A stretch of 64,000 nt of DNA from Octopus vulgaris (taxonomy: Eukaryota): positions 64,542,001 to 64,606,000 of the forward strand of contig OX597833.1 of NCBI GenBank assembly GCA_951406725.2, in the 5' to 3' direction. Below the pieces are notes generated by a model. That model saw nothing but the letters and a program-made list of their open reading frames with translations. It did no database searches and was not told the origin of the DNA. Made by a program: the position numbers and the translations under genes. Shown here in pieces: positions 27,721 through 41,199 of this stretch; position 1 is the first letter of the stretch; each line of letters opens with the position of its first letter.

Positions 27721-28185
27721 GCACTCACGAGACATTGGTTGACCCGAGGCTATATTAGAAGACATTTTTTTCTCCAAGTTGTCACAGAGTAAGACTCAGT
27801 GCGAAGCCATGTAGTTTCGAAGCTAACTGCTTTAACTAAACAACCATACTTGCACCTGGAAACACTAACAGAACTAAAATAAATAAATAAAATAAAATAA
27901 AATAAAACGTTAATTGTATTGTCAGTCACATAATGCAGAAAACTTAGTACAATATCTGCGAGTTGTTTTATCGACATATTAATTTATAGCGTTGTCTGCT
28001 CAAGGGCCAAACAAACCCAGACGAAAAGGAATAATGAGAGAGTGGTTTCTTTAACGAACCGATCGCATAAGCAAACATTGTAGAGGTTCGATAATCTATC
28101 GATACTAGACTCTTAGATGACGGTTCTCTTCTTGATTTTCTTTGTTGTTTTCATATATTTATTTCTCTTTTCTTTTCTTTTCTTT

Positions 28186-28403
28186 TCTTTTACTTGTTTC
28201 AGTCATTTGACTGCGGCCATGCTGGAGCACCACCTTTTTTAGTCGAGCAAATCGACCCCGGGACTTATTCTTTTTTTGTAAGCCCAGTACTTATTCTATC
28301 GGTCTCTTTTTGCCGAACCGCTAAGTGACGGGGACGTAAACACACCAGCATCGGTTGTCAAGCAATGCTAGGGGGACAAACACAGACACACAAGCATACA
28401 CGC

Positions 28404-28442
<39 letters not shown>

Positions 28443-28607
28443 TACGACAGGCTTCTTTCAGTTTCCGTCTACCAAATCCACTCACAAAGCATTGGTCGGC
28501 CCGAGGCTATAGTAGAAGACACTTGCCCAAGATGCCACGCAGTGGGACTGAACCCGGAACCATGTTGTTGGTTAGCAAGCTACTTACCACACAGCCACTC
28601 CTGCGCC
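28186..28607 (-). mobile_element. SINE family A, full length, young
   Basis: Complete head, internal microsatellite and tail; almost identical to 41653-42117. Confidence 0.92.
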
Positions 28608-28619
28608 TATATATTTATT

Positions 28620-28838
28620 TTTTTACTACCCACAAGAGGCTAAACACAGAGGGGGCAAACAAGGACAGACAAACGGATTACGTCGACCCCAGTGCGTAAC
28701 TGGTAATTAATTTATCGACCCCGAAAGGATGAAAGGCAAAGTCGACCTCGGCGGAATTTGAACTCAGAACGTAACGGCAGACGAAATACAGCTACGCATT
28801 TCGCCCAGCCTGCTAACGTTTCTGCCAGCTCGCCGCTT
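28620..28838 (-). mobile_element. SINE family B, full length
   Basis: Matches 23178-23408. Confidence 0.9.
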
Positions 28839-29075
28839 TATATATTTCTGATATATTTCTTATATATTGGTCGATGAATATACGAAGCATAATTGTACTT
28901 GATGTAGTTCTAGTCGGTGAATGGTTTGCAATCTGAAGGGGTATGTTTCAAAGATTATATTGCGGTGTTCAAGGAAAACCTGTTGGAAATAGTTTAAATG
29001 AGGTTGTTATAATTTTTAAGATATTATTTTTATGTATTCCGAAACAACGTATTTCGAAATGTTATGCTGGAAATG

Positions 29076-29626
29076 TATGAGAGTGAGTCAAAAATTAATG
29101 CCATTTTGTTTAGGACAGGTATAATTACCAACACAGGAACATGTATCATACATCAAAATGAAGCTGGTCCTCTGTGGATCACATCCATACTTCTCAACAT
29201 AGTCACCGTTTCTCTCAATAGCAATGTTCCACCTTCGAATGAGAGCAAGTATCCCTGCCCCGCAAAATTCTGTTGACTGTTCTGTGAGCCACTTCTTCAC
29301 TGCCTCAATACTCACCAGATTTAGCGCCTTCAGACTACCATCTCTTCGGCCCCGTGAAAGAGGTTCGAGAGGAATAGTAGTACTAAAACTGTAGTGAAGA
29401 AGTGGCTCAAAGAACACTCAACAGAATTTTACGGGGCAGGGATATATGCTCTCATTCTAAGGTGGAACATTGCTATTGAGAGGAACGGTGGCTATGTTGA
29501 GAAGGAGGGATGTGATCCACAAAAGACCAGCTTCCTTTTTTCCTTTTGATGTATGATACATGCTCCTGTGTTGGTAATTATACCTGTCCTAAACAAAATG
29601 GCATTGCTTTTTGAATCACCCTCGTA
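29076..29626. mobile_element. Mariner-derived fold-back MITE made of two inverted 3' ends
   Basis: About 230-bp inverted arms bounded by TA; each arm encodes a mariner C-terminus-like VKKWL.E.STEF.GAGI.ALI.RWNIAIERNG.YVEK. Confidence 0.85.
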
Positions 29627-29789
29627 CCTCCAAACTGCTTTTTTTCTTTTTTTTTCTTTTTTCTGTTTTTTTTTTTTTTTTCAAAAGATGTGTAAAAGAA
29701 TTCTATCTTTCGCTATCTTGCCCATTCTATGGTTATCATGGAATACATCATCTAATGTGCGCTTGCTTCTTAAAAGAATTTGATTTCAG

Positions 29790-29978
29790 ATTTTGGAGGA
29801 AGTTGGGAATAAGACGCTTACATCGACACCAGTATGCAACTGGTACTACTGTTATCGACCCGGACGGGATGAAAGGCAAAGATGACCTCAGCGGAATCTG
29901 AACCAAGAACGTAAAAACGGACGACATGCTACTAAGTATCTGGCCCAGCGTGCCAACTATTCCCCCAACTTGCCGCCA
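29790..29978 (-). mobile_element. Diverged SINE B-related copy (further decayed copies near 24730-24890, 31350-31550, 31740-31925, 61675-61795)
   Basis: TCGACCC...GGATGAAAGGCAAAG core block. Confidence 0.65.
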
Positions 29979-30203
29979 TATTCTTACTTGAAATATCAGG
30001 AATTAATTGACGAGAAAAGCTTATTGCTCGTTTTTTTTTCTTCTTGTAGACTGGGTAGCCATGCAATTAGAATTCTGCATCGTCACGAACAGAAATATTT
30101 GCGGCTGGTGCCGTGATTCACTTGTTCATTAAATATATATTCTCTCAGACGCTCGGTTTATTCTTAGAACACACAGCAAGAATAATATAATTTAGTTCAC
30201 TTA

Positions 30204-30278
<75 letters not shown>

Positions 30279-30455
30279 AGAGAGAGAGCAGAGCAGTTGT
30301 ATACTGTCAACTTAACGTTCCAGTCCCATAAAGGGAATCACACCACCGCTATTTAGCCCTAGGAACCATCAACGCTCCCTGTCGGCCTTGACACATTTCC
30401 TGTGTCCTTATGTTTACAAAGGGGAGACAATCAACCCCAACTGCTAGGCCTGCAG

Positions 30456-30495
30456 CCAGAGACATATTTCTGAGTCTTGCTCGTCATCAGTCTGG
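30456..30495 (-). ncRNA. Minimal type I hammerhead ribozyme
   Basis: Minus strand CCAGA-CTGATGA-CGAG-CAAGA-CTCA-GAAA-TAT-GTC-TCTGG: intact CUGAUGA and GAAA, GUC site, perfect 5-bp stem I, stem II GAG/CTC. Confidence 0.7.
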
Positions 30496-32622
30496 AGTAG
30501 CAAGTACTGCAGCTGAAGATACCTGTCTAGACATTGTGAACATACATATATATATAATTTTTGCAGGTATTTATTCCGCTTGGAACAGGATCCGCTTTTA
30601 CTGTTGCGACAAAGTTATTTCTCCAATGAACACCGGGGATGACATTAAGGATCTGTCACCTTTAGCCAAATTCGGAAGGAATTCTTAACTATAATATGGT
30701 GATCGATCGTTGAAACTGGGATGCCAGTCCACAAGACTCGAGTCAGATACCCCAAATTATCCCACTCCACACTTAATGTTGAATGGAATTCTTATTTCGA
30801 TATCTTGCAAACAACTTGCACATGCAAGTGCTACCAGTAAGTTATCTGCGAAATCAGATTTTAAATGAACCCTAGCAATTTCCTTCATGTGTGATGGATG
30901 ATTGTTTTCGTGGGACAATGCGAAGCTGGTTTCTTGTTGCCTGCTGTTGGCAAGACACACTTTTCTTAGTAAGATACAGACAATTTCTATCTAATTGGGT
31001 CATCTGACCGCAAAGAGCCAGAACAAATACGGCAAAGCATATCGTCCAACGCCCTAGCAATCCTTACGCTCTGAATCTTGACCCATCAAATGCAGAAGTC
31101 GAAGTTGGCGGGATTCAAAATCTGAGCGTTAAGAGTTTGAGTAAATAAATTGAATTAAATCCACCGATCAACGGCCCTGGACTCAGAATTCTATTTTTGT
31201 TTTTGTTGCCCTCAAATAGACGCGATAGAAATTTAAATTCGACAGGATTTGAACTCGGTAACGAAAAGAAAGGGGTAAATGGAACAAAGAGCATAAATCT
31301 TCTTGCCCGGATATCTAATGACTGCCCCAAGTCACATTCCTGTAGATATCGGCTTCAAACTGTGGCAGAAGCCCGCAGTTTCGGAGTGGGAGGGGTAAGT
31401 CGATTTCACTGACTCCAGTGTTCAACTGGCGCTCACTTTATCGATCCGAAAGGAGGAAAGTCGACTCCTGCGGCATTCGAACCCAGAACCTAAAGACGGA
31501 CGGAATGCCACTAAGTATTTTACTCGGCCTGCTAATAGTTCTGCCAGTTCACATCCGTCAACTCCCTGTAAGCATTAAATCATTGTTATCGTCCTCGATG
31601 ATGGTTGAAAGAGTGAATTTGTATTTGGCGGAACTTGAAGTTGAGCTGGAATAAATGCTGAAAAGTGCTGTTGTATGGTATTTAAAAAAAATGTCTACGA
31701 ATCCATCACATTAAATGAAGTGCATTATTTTATTGTCCTCGGAGGTTGGCGGAGATTGGCAGAATACTGAGCGTGTGGGATGAAATGCTTTGCAGCAATC
31801 CTCTCTGCTCTCTACTTCCTGAGTTAAATATCCGACGAGGTCGACTTCCTCTTTTTTTCTCCTTTCCGGGTCGATTAAATTGAGCAATGGAGTCGATGTA
31901 ACTAACTATCCAATTTAAGACCCTTTTATAGAGATAATTAATTTATTGCCCCCGGAGAGATAAAGAGTTAATACAAACTTGCTGAGACTAGAAAACAGAA
32001 GGTAAAGAATCTCAAACACAATTCAAATTGCTTTGTCAAACCTTCAAACAATACCATCAATTCACACTTCTGAATAGGAACATTATTTTATCGATCCGGG
32101 AAGGACAGAAGTCGAAACTATCCACGATGTATTTTAAATTCACAAAGCAAAGAACCGCATAAATACCGCAAGGTATTTTTTTCCAATTCATCTCCGTCTA
32201 TTCGGATTTTTTTTTCCTTCGCGATATTCAAAGATAGTTTTAGCAACATTTTATAAGTCTTCCGGAGTTTAAATTTTTTTTTTCTCTCACTGGCGTAATG
32301 ATTTTTATATTTTTCCTTATATTTTGTGAAAAAATTTTTATTCCATAACTTTAGTTTTACATTTTATTAATATGCGGTAGAAGTATTATACACTATTTTG
32401 ATTTCTTAGATATTTATTCATATAAATATTACTTTATGTCTACTATTAGAATTGTATTATTTTTTCCGCGGAATAACATTGTCACCACCGCCAACACTTA
32501 TATATTATATTACGTTACACGAAATCATTAATATCTGGGTTTTTTTTTACATTCTTTTCCTTTCAATACGGCAAACACTTCCACACAGACAGAGATACCC
32601 CTCTCCTCCATACACTCACCTC

Positions 32623-32678
<56 letters not shown>

Positions 32679-32738
32679 CATATACGTATACATACATACA
32701 AACATGCCTGCATGCTTACATACACACATTTAGAGGGT

Positions 32739-32796
<58 letters not shown>

Positions 32797-32920
32797 TAAT
32801 AAAACATAATATATATGGTGTGAGAGATGCATATACATATATTATGTATGTGTTTGTCAATTGTGTTTGTGCGTGTGTAAATGTCTGTATATACATTCAC
32901 AGATATTCCGAACTTACGCA

Positions 32921-33021
<101 letters not shown>

Positions 33022-33022
33022 T

Positions 33023-33078
<56 letters not shown>

Positions 33079-33559
33079 ATACAAATATACTTATATATAA
33101 ATGTATATATGTGTTTGTGTGTGTATACATATTTACATATTTACATATAAGTATGTGCATGTCAATATGTGTGTGTGTGTATGTGTGTGTGTGTGTGTGA
33201 GTGCTGTGTGTGTAGGTGGGTGTCATTTATTATTATCTTTTTACGCATGTTTCTCTTTTTCTGCTCGCTGAGTCTTAATTATTGCTTCCTGTGTTGTCAT
33301 TATACATATGATCGTGATGGTGATAATGTCGTCCATCAGCGTCAGCATCAGCATCATCATCATCATCAACGTTTCTTTCACTTTTGTTTTTTTCTACATA
33401 ATGCGAGCAGCACTAGTGACAGTGGCAGCGGCAGCAACGGCAGCAGCAATGGTAGCCGTAGCAGCATCAATAGTTCTGGAGTAGTATTAGTGTTAGTACT
33501 ATAAGTAAGAATATTGGTAGCAAAATACTAACCAAAACAACGACTACAACAACATCAAC

Positions 33560-33622
<63 letters not shown>

Positions 33623-33949
33623 TTAGCCCAGGGCTACGGATTTTGTGGTGAGGTGCTTACACAATTACAGTGGTTTGAATATTCTAGGGGTTGCTTTAAT
33701 TTATGGTACCCGAAGGGATAAAAATGCACAGTCGACCACAGTATTTTTGTGACTCAGAATAAAGAGTAAATAAATAAAAGTATCTAAAATATTCATACAA
33801 GCAAAAGAACAGGAAGGACAAGAAATATAATAAGAATAGTAATAATACTAATACTAATACTACTAATAATTTAAATAATAATTATAAAGAGTATAGTGAT
33901 GTTGATGACGATAATGATGATGATGAAAATAATAATATTAATATTGATG

Positions 33950-33988
<39 letters not shown>

Positions 33989-34059
33989 GTAATAATAATA
34001 ATAATAATAACAATAATAATAATAATAATAATTAAAATAATGGTGATGATGATGATGGC

Positions 34060-34139
<80 letters not shown>

Positions 34140-34316
34140 CGACGACGACGATGATGACGACGACGACGACGACGATGATGATGATGATGATGATGTTGAT
34201 GATAATAATAATAATAATGAATGATGATGATAATCATGCTGCTGCTGATGATGATGATGATGATGAGGATGATGATGATGATAATGATGATAAACATGAA
34301 TGATGATGATAATAAC
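33560..34316. repeat. (AAT)n and compound (AAT)/(GAT)/(GAC) trinucleotide arrays
   Basis: Arrays at about 33560-33622 and 33896-34316; source of the poly-M/H/I ORFs. Confidence 0.9.
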
Positions 34317-34587
34317 ATTTTTGATGTATTTTAGTCATGGTGTTTCTTTTTGGTGGTGGTGGTGGTGGTGACTGATAGTAGTGACGCCGATGGAGAACAA
34401 TGATAATTATGAAAGTGAATGTTGAAAGAAGGAAAAAAAAACTAAACTACGAAATGGTGAGAGAATAAAAAAAATTTACGGTCTATATTGAATGGCTAAC
34501 TTTTTTCACGCCAGTTCTGTTTTAAGGACACGATAGCATGCAATGTTTTGGCATATTACGTATTTAAACAGCAATAAACAGCTCTCA

Positions 34588-34674
<87 letters not shown>

Positions 34675-34804
34675 TACATATATACATACATAAATACATA
34701 TATACACACATACAAATATATATATACATATATATATCTATATATATATGTCTATAAATAATTGTGTAACTGTGTATATATACGTGGATACAAGCTGGAG
34801 TAAG

Positions 34805-34891
<87 letters not shown>

Positions 34892-35014
34892 CATAATAAA
34901 TATATATATATATATACATACATATATATATCTATATATATGTCTATAAATAATTGTGTAACTATGTATGTATATGTATATGTGAATTCAAGCTGGAGTA
35001 TGTACGTATATATA

Positions 35015-35060
<46 letters not shown>

Positions 35061-35257
35061 TGTACGAATATAGATATGTCTTTTCTAGTCTTTTGTATAT
35101 TGAATATTTTCGATCGCAAGAAAATTCATGTGTTCTTATAAAGTAAAAATATAAATATCGGGCAGTGATTGGAAACCTGAAAGCTTATGTTTTATTCATA
35201 TTCTTATAGGCATACAAACGTACAAGAATATAGATATATATTTACATACAAACCTAG

Positions 35258-35348
<91 letters not shown>

Positions 35349-35545
35349 TAGATAGATAGATAGATAGATAGATAGTTAGATAGATAGATAGATAGAGAGA
35401 GAGATAAATACATAGATAGATATGGATATGTGTATGTGTTTGTATTGATATATAGATATAGCGATAGATATAATTACACACGCATGTGTATTTGTACATT
35501 TACATATATAAAAGAGAAAAGAATACATGCCCCAATATATATATA

Positions 35546-35926
35546 TCTCTATATATAAACGGCAGTTTGTCTGTGTGTGTTTCTGTGTGTCTGTTTGGTT
35601 GTACCCTCACCCTGACCACTGCTTTCAACCGATTCTGATGAAACTTGACACACACATAGCCCAATGTCATAATTCAAAACTAACGCAGCGAAAATTTTGA
35701 AAAGTTCCCCCAGTTCTGAAAAAAATCGTTAAATTCGACATGGGGTCAAGAATCAGAAACACAAACCACAGACTGTCTAGGGACGCAACTCGACCTTTTT
35801 TAACTCTCAAAAAAAATTTACCATTATTTTTTTTCCATTTTTTTGCTATTTTTTGGCTATAACTCTCTAAAAATGCTTTATAGTTATTTCCCTTACAAAC
35901 CTGTGCAACGCCGGGCGATACTGCTA

Positions 35927-35927
<1 letters not shown>
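35546..35927 (+). mobile_element. Non-autonomous Helitron, 382 bp
   Basis: Starts TC(TC)TATATATAAA after A, ends with an imperfect GC hairpin (CCTGTGCAACGCCGGG) then CTAG followed by T; no TSD. Confidence 0.82.
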
Positions 35928-35982
<55 letters not shown>

Positions 35983-36468
35983 TTATATAGATATATATAT
36001 ATCATACATATATATATATATACATAAATACATAAATATATATATAGGCAAATATATATATGTATATATATATATATGTCTGTATGTGTCTGTGTATGTA
36101 GATATGTATGTGTATATAAGTATGTATACGTTTGTGTACATGTGTATGTAGAGATATGGTTAGGTGGGACGAGTATTCTATTATTGGTATTCTTGGTATG
36201 GAGCTATTAAATGGTTCTGTGAAACAAACTAATGTAATATATTAAACGCGTGTAAGACAAGGAAACAAAAGTCGGTGCGTAAGCGAGGAGAAAAATAAAC
36301 AAAACAAAATGAAACAAAGAAACAAACAAACAAAAACAAAAACGAAAACACTAAAATGTATGGAAGACAAATTTGCCAGAATATTGTATTGCTTAACTTT
36401 TGCAATAAAGCGAAGGAAAAGTTTTGAAGTCAGTGAACAGATATTCCTGGAAACAAGGATTTATTAGT

Positions 36469-36609
<141 letters not shown>

Positions 36610-36732
36610 TTATATATATATACATATATATATATGTACATATATATACGTAATACATATATACATATGTGTATATATGTATATAATTGCCTATATATAT
36701 ATATATGTGTATACTTATATATACATATACAC

Positions 36733-36785
<53 letters not shown>

Positions 36786-37180
36786 TCTATGTAGGTATGT
36801 ACATAGACATGTGAGTATGCATGTGTATGTGTGTGTGAGTATGTGAGTTTGTGTGTGTTCAATGATGCACTTGATTATGCCTGCGCACGCATATCTGTAC
36901 TACGTGTAGACATGTGACTGCGAGTGATAACTTTATATTTTCATTAATTGCGAATATGTACATAAGAATGTGTGCGCGCGTGTGTGCGCCCGTGGGTGTG
37001 TTTATGTGTCGTTATGAACCTAAGTATTATGCTTGCATGTCCATATATAATATGTGAGAATGATCGCATGTATGTTGATTAGTTTATTAGCGTGCCATTC
37101 ACTGTGTCCATAGGTATCACAATACAGACACTTGGACATTATATGCTACCCAGCCTCATATACATACACACAAACACAGA

Positions 37181-37246
<66 letters not shown>

Positions 37247-37278
37247 CATATCAATATTTATGTATATATGTATCTGTG

Positions 37279-37319
<41 letters not shown>

Positions 37320-37389
37320 AATAGGTGTAAGATTTTGAATTTCTTCCTATAATATTGTATATGACTTGAGATGTTTGACGTTCTGTTTT

Positions 37390-37452
<63 letters not shown>

Positions 37453-37989
37453 TTAGCTGTAAAACCCGTCGTTAATCGGTTTATTACTTTTACTGTTTAT
37501 CGGGAGCCACATTAAAAGTATTATTATACGTATAAGTTACTCCTCCTGTATGTGTGTAATTTTAGAAATGAAAACCTTGTAATAATTAAAGTAGAAGAAA
37601 GATCAATATCATACATGAACTTGTGTTTGTTTTTGATATGACAATAATAAGGGAGTTGTAAGTGTCATCTTATTTATCCGTACAGTAATGGCAACGATAT
37701 AATATTTATTTAAGAGAAAGACATGTAATAACTGAGGTAGGAAAAAGATCCTTTTTATACATGAAATTCTGTTTGTTTATTACATGGTAATAATAAGTGA
37801 GATGTATGTGATATTTTATTTACCAATACAGTAATGGCAATTATATAATACAATTCACTGAAATAGATTATTTACTCATTCTTGAATGTAAAGATAGTAA
37901 CTGCAAATTAAGTATCCCTGCTTCATTAAGAATGGATATTTCTTAATAAACAATGTGTTTTGTTATATTTCCGAGTACATAAGTTTTAG

Positions 37990-38995
37990 TACAAATAGTG
38001 AGAATGTTTGGGTCAATGAAGTTTGTGCACAATTAATTGTGTACCATTGCATAATTTTGTTCGAGACAAAATAAGTTATAGCATAACAGGAGAACCTTTT
38101 TTCAACTGAAGACAATGAGGAGCTGTACCTGGTGGTTGTAGTGAGTTAACGGATTCGATGGGATAGTTGACACTGTCCGGATCATCAATACCACTGTAAC
38201 TTGAGTTATAAGTGAAGGGGTTTGGAAGTTTATTCAATAGCATATTATGGAGAGAATAAACTAATCAAAATACATGCGATCATTCCCAAATATTATGGTA
38301 TTATAGGCGTAGGAGTGGCTGTGTGGCAATTAGATTGCTTACGAACCACGCGGTTCCAGGTTCAGTCCCACTGCGTGGCACCTTGGGCAAGTGTCTTCTA
38401 CTACAGCCTGGGGCCAACAAAAGCCTTGTGAGTGGATTTGGTAGATGGAAACTGAAAGAAGCTCGTCGTATATATATATATACATATGTGTGTGTGTGTG
38501 TGTGTCTGCATGTGTCTGTATATGCTTGTTTGTTTGTGTTTGTTCCCCCAACATCGCTTGACAACCGAGGCTGGTGTGTTTACGTTCCCATAACTTAGCG
38601 GTTCGGCATAAAGAGACCGATAGAAAAAGTACTAGTCTTACAAAGAATAAGTGCTGGGGTCGGTTTGCTCGACTGAAGGCGGTGCTCCAGCATGGCCACA
38701 GTCACATGACTGAAACAAGTAAAAGAATAAAAAAAAAAGTAAAGAGTATGTAGAGGGAATATTTTTTGGAGCCAGGAGAGCTCTGTCATCGATGGAATCT
38801 GTACTATTGTAATTATGAAGAAGATTAGGAAAGGTTTCATACATCAAATCATAAATGGAATCAGTCGAATTATATATTTCACCGAGTGTAAGAAACTGTT
38901 CTTCCTCAATTGGAATTCTCCCTTCGCCGAGTTTCAAAAGCTGCTCTACAAATAGTTCAGCTGATTGAACTCTTGCAAGCACCGATCTCATATAA
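37990..38995 (-). pseudogene. Helitron PIF1-type helicase fragment, copy 2 (split by SINE A)
   Basis: MR...FVEQLLKLGEGRIP...DRALLAPKN, then NYPIESVNSLQPPGTAPHCLQLKKGSPVML...KLCNGTQLIVHKL with stops. Confidence 0.8.
38306..38748 (+). mobile_element. SINE family A, full length, nested in the Helitron
   Basis: Head GGCGTAGGAGTGGCTGTGTGG through to tail. Confidence 0.9.
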
Positions 38996-39269
38996 TAATT
39001 GAAGTAGAAAAAGATGAATTTCATATATGAACTTTATTTATTATCAGACAATAATGAACTTTATTTTTTTCAATTATATTTATCAATACCGTAATGGCAA
39101 TTATATAATAGAGTTCATTGAAATAGGTAATTTAGTCATTCTTGAATGAAAAGATAGTAATGGGAGATTATGTTATTGAAGTATTAATGTTGCATTACGA
39201 CTGAATATTTATAGGTAAACAATGTTCGTTTGTTGTATATCGGGGTGCATAAACAGAAAGGTGTACTTT

Positions 39270-40450
39270 TGCTCCTACATTAAGTTAGCCATGTGAAAAG
39301 CATGGTTCTTGAAGTTGCAGTACAGCAACTCAGAAACCTGGACGTTATCAAAGAAGCTTGAGAGGCGGTTGGATGGAACCTACACTCGCCTCCTTATGAG
39401 AGCTCAAAATCTCTCGTGGAAGCGCCATCCAACCAAAATGCAAATATATGGGAAACTACCACCTGTGTCATCTCTTGTGAAAGGTAGGAGAGTCCAGTTT
39501 GCTGGACATTGTAGGTCTACTACACTATAGGTCTTAATAATGGTGTTGGTGTCAGATGTGATTAGGATGTCACAGGGAAGGATCACAATATAGATTTTTC
39601 AAGTCAAGCCAACCAACAGGGGACATAGGTAGATCAGGGGTAGACCAAAAACGAAATGGTTGGATAATATCCATTGTCTAGTTTGGTCGCGCTTGAGAGG
39701 CGGTTGGATGGAACCTACACTCGCCTCCTTATGAGAGCTCAAAATCTCTCGTGGAAGCGCCATCCAACCAAAATGCAAATATATGGGAAACTACCACCTG
39801 CGTCATCTCTTGTGAAAGGTAGGAGAGTCCAGTTTGCTGGACATTGTTGTAGAGCTGAAAAAGAAGTAATTTCTACTCTTCTCCTCTGGAAGCCATCTAC
39901 TCGCAATGCCAGAGGGCGCACACTCTCCTACCCTGATGTAATCTCCAGGGATACAGGCATCCAGCAACAGGACCTCCGTAATGCCATGATGGACCGTGAA
40001 GTCTGGCGTAACATAGTAAATTCCATTGTCTCGACCACGGTCGAACAATGATGAATGGTGATGACAGCAACTTGTTGTGTTTGGCCTTGAATTTTATTAA
40101 TGCTCATGGCAAAAGAACCTCGAATAGGAAACGGTAACCGTTTAAATGGGATATTAAATAGTATACCTGGTATGCAAGGACTAAAGATGGTATCACCTTT
40201 AAAACAACCGGTGCGAATACTTACCTCATTGCAGTTCCACATAAGTTTGTGCACAATTAATCTCGTACCATGGCATAATTTTGATTGAGACAAATTACAC
40301 AATAGCATAAAATGAGTCCCATTTTTCGGCTGGAGAAAATGAGGAAGTGTACCACGTGTTTCTAGGGCGTTCCAAAATTGGATAGGGTAGTTAACACTAT
40401 CTTGATAATCAACAACACTGTCAACTAAGTTACAAGTGAATATTTCTCCA
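39270..40450 (-). pseudogene. Helitron PIF1-type helicase C-terminal fragment, copy 1 (split by RTE)
   Basis: NYPIQFWNAL...LPHFLQPKNG...KLCHGTRLIV...FKRLPFPIRGSFAMSINKIQGQT, resuming after the insertion as VAVLQLQEPCFSHG(stop)LNVG. Confidence 0.85.
39331..40063 (+). mobile_element. 5'-truncated chimeric RTE-clade LINE with 9-bp TSD
   Basis: SETWTL...RLDGTYTRLLMRAQNLSW...FAGHC...AMMDREVWR, TGA-rich tail; ACAGCAACT at 39322-39330 and 40064-40072. Confidence 0.85.
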
Positions 40451-40461
40451 GGAAGAGAGAT

Positions 40462-40506
<45 letters not shown>

Positions 40507-40694
40507 GAGAGTGACACAAAAAGAGAGAGACAGACAAATAGAGAACATAAAGGGGGAAAGGGAATAGAGGAGACGTAGGAAGACAATCATAGGGAAGGGG
40601 TCTGCTTTTAGTTTCACTTTGTGGCCCAGACAAACAGAAACTCTCTTTTATATATATATATAGATATATACAATTGCTTCTGAATGTGCATTAT

Positions 40695-40756
<62 letters not shown>

Positions 40757-41199
40757 TACCAAAATGCAAATCGAAAAATATACATAAAGTCAAATACGGA
40801 TTCTTTCGCTCAGTTTTTGCCGAACAGCTATGTTCCAACACACACAATTCATTGAGTTAGGAGGACTTTGAGACACCTTAGTTTCGAAAAGACTATGTTA
40901 CTTCCATCAAAGCTACCCTCGGATCGTAGGTATAAGCAATTATTTTGAGACTCGCTTGTAGAGGTAAGTAAACAGTTTGTTTGCTGTTACACAGCGATAT
41001 TTGCCAAAGCGACAATATCTCTTTACGTGCCCTATATCTTTACGCTGAATTTTATAAATACTTATGCACCACTGCGTTGGCGTCCTTAAAACGCTTCTAA
41101 CTAAATGTACTTTATTTGTGATTTATTTTGGGGCACTTGAAGGTTTTAGAAGTGGTAACAATAACCGAAGTGATTGAGTGTTTTCTACGGCGAGCAAAA

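Larger units (their letters stand above)
37453..40664 (-). mobile_element. Defective Helitron with PIF1-helicase fragments and nested SINE A and RTE insertions
   Basis: Minus strand 5' TCTATATATATATATAAAAGAG at 40664; 3' hairpin AAACCG...CGGGTTTT then CTAA-T at 37453; helicase motifs inside. Confidence 0.8.

Noticed and set aside
28355-28699. Recurrent ORFs containing [18 protein letters not shown] that look like a gene family
   Set aside because: Antisense translations of SINE family A copies.
30030-30116. Plus-strand acceptor followed by LGSHAIRILHRHEQKYLRLVP stop as a terminal exon
   Set aside because: No supporting upstream exons or recognisable homology.
33896-34318. Poly-Met/His/Asp ORFs suggesting a metal-binding protein
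   Set aside because: Compound trinucleotide microsatellite with no unique coding flank or convincing splice context.
35635-35646. CTGATGA boxes here and near 9779 and 12328 as hammerhead cores
   Set aside because: Followed directly by AA with no stem II; the sites at 35635 and 9779 lie within Helitron and LINE sequence.
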